A stretch of 54,153 bases of DNA from a bacterium (GTDB lineage: Bacteria; Patescibacteriota; Minisyncoccia; Sungbacterales; GWA2-42-14). A program made the position numbers and the translations under genes. The stretch spans positions 1-54,153 of the forward strand of contig JAUSFV010000005.1 of assembly GCA_030649305.1 (NCBI GenBank). The letters run 5' to 3'. Shown here one piece after another: positions 19,167 through 27,800 of this stretch (position 1 is the first letter of the stretch; each line of letters opens with the position of its first letter). The notes beneath the pieces were generated by a model that searched no databases, was not told the DNA's origin, and saw only the letters and a program-made list of their open reading frames with translations.

Positions 19167-20041
19167 TACTTCAAGAATTTTTACAAAAAGCATCAAAAGA
19201 ACAATGGGCAACCGGGCATTTTAATGTGTCTGAATTAGACCAGATGCGCGCCATTGTGGAAGCGTGCAAAGAAGTTGGTTCCCCCGCGATTATCGGAACC
19301 TCAGAGGGGGAGCGAAAGCACTTGGGTTTGGCGGAAGCGGTTGCCTTGCGGGATGTTTTACAAAAGAAATATGGCATTCCGGTATTTTTAAACGCGGACC
19401 ATACAAAAAGTGTTCAGGCCGCGAAAGAGGCAATTGACGCTGGGTACGATTCAATACACATTGACCTTTCTGCAGAGTCGTTTGAGAAAAATGTAGCTGG
19501 AACGAAAGAGATTGTAGAATACGCAAAAAAACATTCCAACATTCTGCAGAATGTTGGAATGTCGTTGGAGGGCGAATTAGGGTATTTGCGGGGAGAATCA
19601 AAGATACAAAAAGAAAAAATTGAGGTAAAATTGGAGGATTATACGAACCCGGAAGAAGCGGCAGAATTTGTAAAAAAAACCGGTGTTGACCGCTTGGCAA
19701 TCGCGGTAGGCAACATTCACGGCATTTCGTTGGACGAGCCCGCATTAGATATTGAGCGTATCAAGGTGATACGGGCCGCAATCCCGCAGGAAGTGGCGCT
19801 TGTCTTGCACGCGGGTTCGGGCATTCCGGATGCGCAAATCCGCGTGGCCATTTCAGCGGGTATCGCGAATATTCATATCAATACGGATATTCGCGTGGCA
19901 TTTGTGGAAGGATTGAAAAAGGGAATTGCCGAGCATCCCAATGAGGCCGCGATGTATAAATTGGACGCGGAGGCGATTGCGGAAATGAAGGAGGTATTGA
20001 AGGAGAAATTGAGATTATTTGGGTCAGTCAATAGATTATGA
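19163..20041 (+). CDS. fba: Class II fructose-bisphosphate aldolase
   Basis: GHFN, LNADH, EGELG, LAIAVGNIHG, LVLHAGSG and HINT motifs. Confidence 0.93.
   Translation: MILQEFLQKASKEQWATGHFNVSELDQMRAIVEACKEVGSPAIIGTSEGERKHLGLAEAVALRDVLQKKYGIPVFLNADHTKSVQAAKEAIDAGYDSIHIDLSAESFEKNVAGTKEIVEYAKKHSNILQNVGMSLEGELGYLRGESKIQKEKIEVKLEDYTNPEEAAEFVKKTGVDRLAIAVGNIHGISLDEPALDIERIKVIRAAIPQEVALVLHAGSGIPDAQIRVAISAGIANIHINTDIRVAFVEGLKKGIAEHPNEAAMYKLDAEAIAEMKEVLKEKLRLFGSVNRL
19531..19562. repeat. 32-bp perfect palindrome in frame in fba
   Basis: acattccaacattctg|cagaatgttggaatgt; encodes HSNILQNVGM. Confidence 0.95.
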
Positions 20042-20307
20042 CGTTTGAACTCTTAACTGTTATTTTTATTTTTCTGGCAATTCCAGTTGTTTGGTTTTGG
20101 CTCCGATTTCAATGGAGTGTTTTAGCCCTTTGGGCTATTTTGACATTTTTTATTGCTCTTACCCCCTTTTTTATTACAGGCCTTCCTTGTCCTAGTCAGA
20201 GCGATATGTCGCCTGCCTGCATACCCACCGTTTTTATAATTATTGGAATTGAGGCAATCATAATAGCCGTTATTCTTTGGATAATTACCATAATTAGAAA
20301 ACTTTAA
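20038..20307 (+). CDS. Small 3-TM membrane protein with C-x9-C loop
   Basis: ATGA overlap with the fba stop; strongly hydrophobic. Confidence 0.75.
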   Translation: MTFELLTVIFIFLAIPVVWFWLRFQWSVLALWAILTFFIALTPFFITGLPCPSQSDMSPACIPTVFIIIGIEAIIIAVILWIITIIRKL

Positions 20308-20308
20308 T

Positions 20309-21274
20309 ATGAAAATTTTTATAACCAGAAAAATTCCCGACAGGGGAATAAAACTTCTGCAGGATAGGGGCTACGAGCTTGTTGTAAGCCCGCATACCAG
20401 AGTGCTTACGCGCGATGAATTGATTGAAATGGGGAAGGGCGTGGATGGTATCATATCACAGCTAACCGATAAAATTGACGGTTCGGTTGTTGACGCATGG
20501 GGGAAGCAATTAAAAGTTATCGCAAATTATGCTGTTGGGTATGACAATCTGAATACGAAAGAAATCGCGGAGCGGGGAGTCGTGATGACGAATACTCCCG
20601 AAGTGCTTACGGAAACGGTTGCGGAACATACATTCGCTTTGATGCTCGCGATTGCGCATCGCATTGCGGAATCAGATAGATTTTCGCGCGCGGGAAAATA
20701 TCACGGCTGGGCTCCCGAACTTTTATTGGGCACTGATGTTTCGCATAAAACTCTTGGCATCGTTGGGCTCGGAAGAATCGGGTCGCGCGTAGCGCATCAT
20801 GCCGTTAAGGGATTTGATATGCGCGTTTTGTATTATGATGTGAAGCGCAATGAAAATTTTGAGAAAGAATTTAACGCGGAATTTAGAGAAAATGTTGACG
20901 ACATTTTTAAGGAAGCGGATTTTATTTCAATTCATGTTCCGCTTTTGCCCACAACACAACATCTAGTAAACGAAATACGTTTGAAGTTGATGAAGCCAAC
21001 GGCATATTTAATAAATACTTCGCGCGGGCCGATTGTAGACGAAGCTGCTCTTCGCGACGCGTTGAAAAATAATGGTATCAAAGGAGCCGCGATTGATGTG
21101 TGGGAACATGAGCCGGAATTAACACCGGGCCTTTCGGATTTAGAAAATATTATTATAACACCGCATATCGCGTCCGCAACGGAAGAAACGCGCCAAAAAA
21201 TGGGAGAACTCGCCGCAAAGAATATTATTGAGGTGCTGGAAGGAAGGCCTCCGGTAACGCCAATCAAAATATAG
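20309..21274 (+). CDS. D-isomer-specific 2-hydroxyacid dehydrogenase (glyoxylate/D-glycerate reductase type)
   Basis: NYAVGYDN, GIVGLGRIG, INTSRGPIVDE, DVWEHEP and TPHIASA motifs. Confidence 0.93.
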   Translation: MKIFITRKIPDRGIKLLQDRGYELVVSPHTRVLTRDELIEMGKGVDGIISQLTDKIDGSVVDAWGKQLKVIANYAVGYDNLNTKEIAERGVVMTNTPEVLTETVAEHTFALMLAIAHRIAESDRFSRAGKYHGWAPELLLGTDVSHKTLGIVGLGRIGSRVAHHAVKGFDMRVLYYDVKRNENFEKEFNAEFRENVDDIFKEADFISIHVPLLPTTQHLVNEIRLKLMKPTAYLINTSRGPIVDEAALRDALKNNGIKGAAIDVWEHEPELTPGLSDLENIIITPHIASATEETRQKMGELAAKNIIEVLEGRPPVTPIKI

Positions 21275-21278
21275 CCCC

Positions 21279-21287
21279 TGTGGATAA
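21279..21287 (-). promoter_or_regulatory. DnaA-box consensus (TTATCCACA on minus strand)
   Basis: tgtggataa; single isolated box. Confidence 0.4.
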
Positions 21288-21310
21288 CTTTTTTCTCTGG
21301 ATATTTTTAT

Positions 21311-21341
21311 TAAATGCTCCGACTCTAGGTCGGGGCATTTA
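21311..21341 (+). terminator. Intrinsic terminator
   Basis: taaatgctccgac/gtcggggcattta stem then T-run. Confidence 0.75.
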
Positions 21342-21571
21342 ATTTTTTTCCTCGGAGAGCAATTATTGATCGTAGTTATTTAAACATTAATAAACCTTAC
21401 TACGTATTGGTTCTTCTTGATTGATGTGTAATCTCCGACCTGTCCGCGTGTTCCCGTATGAAGGTTCTAGGACGGTAAAGAGTTGCGGCACCAAAAGTCA
21501 TAAATAACGTATTTTTTTTCGTATTGCCTCCGTGGTATACTAAAGAAAGTGTTTGTAACTTTTTATATGGT

Positions 21572-21622
21572 AACGGAATACCAAAAAAAGGCGCTTGGCG
21601 CGTCTTTGTTAGGTATTCCGTT
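21572..21622. terminator. Long hairpin with T-tail
   Basis: aacggaatacc (21572-21582) pairs with ggtattccgtt (21612-21622); inner aaaggcgc/gcgtcttt. Confidence 0.55.
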
Positions 21623-21671
21623 TTTTTATTGTTTGTCCAGAATTGCGAAGCGATTATGGCAACAAACAATA

Positions 21672-21787
21672 AACCCAGCACCAAGTTTTCGGTTTGGCTG
21701 TTGAAGAAGAACATTGCAAGCCGAAGGCGATACCGTGGGCAAGCTAACGATTTACGTCGGTCTTATTTCGAACTTCGGTGCTGGGTT
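21672..21787. repeat. 116-bp inverted-repeat-bounded element (MITE-like or structured RNA)
   Basis: aacccagcacc-aagtt pairs with aactt-c-ggtgctgggtt; internal stem ttcggttt/aagccgaa. Confidence 0.6.
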
Positions 21788-21848
21788 ATGGCATAACAAG
21801 ATATCGCTCCGATGGTCGTCGGGGCGATGGTAATAATTTTTCATTTTT

Positions 21849-24800
21849 ATGCACATCTTTTCTTCCAGAAAAATATATACCAAGGTCGTTTCATTTCTCG
21901 TAACCTTGTTATTTTTAATTGAATCAACGCTCTTGCCGATTATAACGCTTCTGCCTCGCGCTGCGTCAGCCGCGACGACGACATTTACTGCTTCGGCAGA
22001 TTTTTCCACTAGTACCCAGGGTCAAAAAAACTGGTGGTATCTTTCATCCTCCGGCGCGCAGATGACGTATGATTCCGCAAATAGTCGTTGGAAAGGGAAT
22101 GAAGAATATTTATTGCTTGGAAGTAACTGGGGGCATCCGGGTAATAACGCGGATGCGCTTCGCCGCTGGATTGCACCGCAGGCGGGCAGCATTCGTATTA
22201 CCGGAAACGCGCGTGACAGTCACGCCGGATGCGGTACTGATGGCGTTACGGTTACCATCCGTAAGGTTGTTAATAATGCTATTGTCGCTACATTGTGGAA
22301 TCAAACAATTCCCAAAGATAATACGACCGGTTATAACTTTGACGTCACAACGTCCGTCAGTCAGGGAGATTCTATTGATTTTGTTATCAACAAAGGGATT
22401 GATAATGGTTGTGATTCAACCGTGTTTGATCCGACGATTGTGCTTACCGCATCAGCTGCCGGTTCGTGGGGTGTTTCTATTGATTCGGGAAAAGCGGGGA
22501 CATTTCCAAACCCTGTTGTTCGCGGCAAGCCCGTTGATTTTCTGGCGACGCTGACAGTAACCGATCCGCCGTCTCCCTTGAATTTCAAACTAGAGGTATC
22601 AAAGGATTTGGTTCTCCGTCATTACTACATTACACGGACGGGGGGACAAGAAACCGCGCTGAACGATCCATCCCGTCCCGCGGCAACGCTCGCCAATCGA
22701 ACTGCATATGTCTGGGATTTCTATAATTTGACCACCGGCGTATATACGTTGCGGTTTAATTTTGACGTGCCGTTGACAACCACAGAGACAAGCGCGCAAT
22801 TTGATATTTTTATGGCCGGTCTTCATAGTGGTTATGGCTCCGGTTATCAAGATCAGTCTTTTCCGGTGCCGGCGCTGACGTTTCCTTCCGGGGCGAGTGT
22901 GTCGCAGGGAACGCCGCTTATCGTTGCAATCGCGAATGCGACTGGCAATACAACGGTATATGTTAATTGCATTGTTCCGACTGGTGCTGTATGCGCTGAC
23001 AATCTTGCGGAGGGCATAACGAATGCTTCGGGTCAATGGAGTAAGAGTTATGATACCTCGGGATGGACTCTTGGAACATATCGCGCCTGGGTCAGCGTAG
23101 GAGGGTTAAAATCAAATCTTGGATTTTTTACTATCACGCAACCCTCAACCTTGCCTTCTACCATCCAGGGCTACAAGATTGATTCTTCCGGCGCTGTCTT
23201 CTCAAGCCCCGGTGCTACCATTACCGTTGCCGGTTCATCATTCAGCCAATCCTATGGTCCCACTACCAATCCGTATTTTGCCCAGCAAATTCCGGCGGGA
23301 AATTACACTGTTACCTCATCTGTTCCCACCAGCTACACTGTTTCGTATTCTCTCTGCTACAATTGCGCGAACAATACCGACCCCCATCCCGCATCAAGCT
23401 ATGTTTCGGGGCCTTCAGTATCGGTAAGCGCTCCCGCAGACGGTTACGCTGATGTATGGTGGAAGTATACCCTCCAGACATCGGGACAATCCGTCTCTAT
23501 TTCGCGAACCCCCGCAACGTCTCAAACAAATCCCTATCGCACGGGTAGTGCCACCACATTCAATGCCACGGTTTCTCCATCATTGTTCTCCACGGATCAG
23601 CAAGTAAAGGTGTATCGTAAAATCGGAAACGGTTCTCCTTTTGTGAGCGATACCTCAACCACGTTTGCTCTCCGCGACAATGGTGTTTGTAACCCTTCGG
23701 CGGGTACTTGCAGTATCGCAGGAACATGGAGTGAATTTACCTGTCCCACCGGCGTTTCAGGCGTTCAGCAGATGACCGAATGGGTGACGATTGGCAGTGT
23801 AACGTCAAATCAAATCCAATGGTGGTTTGAGTGTACAACGGCCGCCAGTCAGCCCGTCACTATTCTTCAGTCTTGGCCTACAACGCCAAGCGCCCAGCCC
23901 GGTCAGTCATTCTCTCTCACGTATAATTGGAGTGGAGGCCCGACAAGCAGTTCAAAACAGGTTTTTGTGCATTTTGTAAATAGCGCGGGTCAGATTGCGT
24001 TTCAGGATGACCATACGCCGCCCGTGCTTACGAACCAGTGGTCCGGCGCGAAAAACTATACGCGCACCGTTACCGTTCCCGCGTCAACGGCTGTGGGAAC
24101 CTACCGTATTATGGCAGGGCTCTATGACCTTGCTACCGGAGCGCGTCTTACTCTTACTCCCGGTTCAGGGGTAATTGCCGATACGCAGGATTTGCTTCGG
24201 TATCAGATTGGGACATTGACGGTTTCGAGTTCTCCGAGTGCTCAATTTGAAATTCGTCCCGCAAGCGCATCGCTTTCAGTTGGCCAAACGCAAACGCTCG
24301 CCGCGTGGTTTATGCCTGCTGGCGGATCGGCGTCGGATGTTACGAGTCAAACGCAATGGTCATCTTCCAATGCCGCAGTCGCGGAATTAGGCGCGCCTCC
24401 GGGTTCAAACGCGAACAACACCGTCCTTGGCCGTGCGGCAGGCAGTGCGGTGATTACCGCAACGTATCAGGGGCAGACGGCGCAGGCGATGGTGACGGTT
24501 GGTACATCAGGAACGCAACTGGTCGTTTCAAAAATTGATTTTTCTGACCTGCTTCTTTCCGGTCGCCGTGATCTCTTGAGATTCAAAATTGCAGCACCTT
24601 CGGGGAGTGATGTGGGCATTGCAAAGTTTACTATTCGTAATTCTATTACTTCTGCATCATCCGGCTCTTTAATTGATAATTTGAATATATACGCGTATAC
24701 CGATTCTAGCTTTTCTACGGTTGCTTCCGGCGTCCAAGCTGACGGTTCGTTACAAGTTTCTCATGCGCGTACTGGGGGCATTTCAGGCGCAGAAGTTGAT

Positions 24801-27800
24801 GTATACGCCCAAAATACAGGCGGAAGTAATACCCTTGTTAATATTCCTGCGGGTCAGACTCGCTGGTTTGTTGTTCGGGGTGATGTAACTATAGCGGGGA
24901 CTAGTGTGAGTTCCGTGTCCGCTCTTTCGGGTGATGCAAGCGGGGCGGGGTCGGGGACGTTTTCGTCAGTGAATTCGGCAGCGAATAACAACTTTATTTG
25001 GGCGTCGAATTCTGCAGGTAAATCGCTTTCTACGATAACTAATTTTCAAAATGGGTATGGCATAAATGGGTTGCCCGTAAGCGGATTAAGCCAAACACTT
25101 ACCGGCGGAGGAGTGGTTACCCCCTCCACCATCCAAGGCTACAAGATTGATTCTTCTGGCGCTGTCTTCTCAAGCCCCGGTGCTACCATCACCGTTACTG
25201 GCTCTTCGTTCAATCAATCCTATGGTCCTATCACCAATCCGTATTTTGCCCAGCAAATTCCCGCGGGAAACTACACCGTCACCTCATCCGTTCCTACGGG
25301 CTACACTGTTTCGTATTCTCTCTGCTATAATTGCGCGAACAATGCCGACCCTCATCCCGCGTCCAGTTATGTAGCGGATTCTTCAGTATCGGTAAACGCT
25401 CCCGCAGGCGGCTACGCTGATGTATGGTGGAAGTATACCCTCCAGACATCGGGACAATCTATCGTCATTTCCCGCACTCCCCAAACTTCAACCGTATCTC
25501 CATTCAAAGCAGGGGATACGACTACCTTCGCCATGACGATTCCTTCGTCACTCTTTCTTGATACCACTGCGGTTACGCTGCATAGTCAAATGACCGGCGG
25601 CGCTGACCAGCAATCAAACTATACCGTTGCTTCGTTGAAATCCGCGAATGTCTGCAACACCTCCGGTTCTTGTTCGGTCACCGGCGTCTGGAACGCATCC
25701 CAATTCACCTGTCCCGCGGGCGTTTCCGGTACTGCGCAGATGAAAGAATGGGTGACGGTGGGCAATACGACGTCAAATCAGATTCAGTGGTATTTTCAGT
25801 GTGAAGGAGATGCAATTGAGGGCGTGTTATTTGAAATTCGTCCCGCAAGCGCATCGCTTTCAGTTGGCCAAACGCAAACGCTCGCCGCGTGGTTTACGCC
25901 TGCTGGCGGATCGGCGTCGGATGTTACGAATCAAACACAATGGTCATCTTCCAATCCCGCGGTCGCGGAATTGGGCGCGCCTCCGGGTGGAGCCGTAAAT
26001 AATATTGTGCTGGGTCGCGCAAACGGCGCTGCGACGATTACCGCAACGTATCAGGGGCAGACGGCGCAGGCGACGGTTACTGTAGGATCTGAAGTTGCGG
26101 CTTTTGCACTTGACCTCAAAGTAAATAATGCTGATGGACCCGTTAGCGTCCAAGTGAATACTCCCGCTACCGTTTCGTGGACTACGCAAGGGTTTAGTGC
26201 GGGTGGTATGCGCTGTTCAACATCCGGCGCCCCAACTGGTTCGCCGTTCCATACCGCATCCGGCGTTTCTGGCTCGGTGCAAGTAACATTCCCGCAAACG
26301 CAAAGCTACACGTTGCAGATGACCTGTTTTGACGATTTGCGCGTAACGGCAAATGGGTCAATACCTTCTGCTTCCGATAGCGTTACGGTAAATGTGGCCG
26401 CTGTTCCTTCGGGTCTTTCTGCACCAACCCCCGAAACCGCGCCGATGGATGTTTTGCGTCTGCAAAGCGATCAGGATGTGGTTACCACTACGGGCTTTTG
26501 TTATAATTTTACCTGTACAGGCCTAATTCCGGTAACCGCAGGAAGCGTATACACATTTTCCGCAAACCTGAATGCGGGTCTTGTTGGATTTCCGCAGGAT
26601 TCGCTTTTGTGGATTACGTTACCTCCGCAGGCAACGCTTTTTGGTATTATTTTGGATAGTAGAACGCTTACGAGTGGGACCGATTATGTGCTAGACCGTG
26701 GTCATTATAAACTTTCAATGAGCCAACTCGGACTTTTGTCGGGTACTCATTCAATCAAAGTTGCACTTCAATCAGATCCTTTGGCGCTTGACCACTTGGC
26801 TGTGCTCAAAATGAACATCACTGACGGCGGCCTTACAAAAACTTTCATTCGTGAACGTACCGCGTCAGTATCGGTGCGTCATGCCGTTACCGAGGTTATC
26901 GGAAAAACCAATATCTCTATCCCAGGTGCTAGCCCTTACCCGCCATATTTTCCGACTATTCAAGAAAGTGATGTGCATCGTTTGCAGACATATCCGGCTC
27001 CTGCCCAAATCTGTGATGCAAGCGCTGGAACGGGCATAAAATGCAGACCTCCGTCTTTGAGAGAGGCCTCCGGGCCGGTTTCGCGCGGTGTCCCTACTAT
27101 TGCTTATACACTGCTTGGCGATGTCGTGCCGATATATGTAAATCAGTTTTCCGATTCGTTGAGCCGCGAGTTTATTATCGCAAATTATAACTTCTTACTT
27201 GGTCGCAATCCGACTGATGCGGAAATGCAAAAATATCTTTCGCTTTTTACGCAATGGCGTGATCCGGTAAACGAACTTATTGATGTATATAAGCGGAGAG
27301 TTGATGTGCAGGAGGCAATGAAAGCGGCAACCCCGTTTCCTTGCGGGAATTTAGGAGATTGTATTATTCCTCTTACCCTTGCTGACACAAGTCGGACGCC
27401 TTTGTATAACTGGGCGTATAGTTTTGGCGCAAACGAAGAACCGACACTGAAAGCATTTAAAGAGAACGTAAGCCAGCAAGCGCTTGATGTATTGCGCCAG
27501 GTTTGGAATGACTATAATAGTAAGCTTGAGGCGGCATATAAGTTGTATCAGCAAAACACCAATTCAATCTGTTTTTCTTGTACACCGCCTCCGCCTCCGC
27601 TTTGTGCGCGCGTATTTGCAGAACCATATATAGTCAATGGTCTATATAATTATAAAAGCTATTTTGACTCTTGTCGTCAGCAGGCGATTCTTTGGGCGAA
27701 AAATGCAGGATGGGCTAGCGCTGTAAGGCTTGGAGCTTCCTCTTTCTCTTTTGATTCGTCTATACCCACCATTGGTCAAACGCTCGCACCTTACTTTGCT

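Noticed and set aside
21400-21714. Minus-strand 104-aa ORF in the spacer before the giant gene
   Set aside because: It runs through hairpin and repeat sequence and has no SD or recognisable motif; not supportable as a gene.
15885-25803. Diversity-generating retroelement (TR/VR pair) explanation for the near-identical modules
   Set aside because: All copies are in frame inside genes, differences involve all bases and are mostly synonymous rather than adenine-specific, and no reverse transcriptase is in the window.
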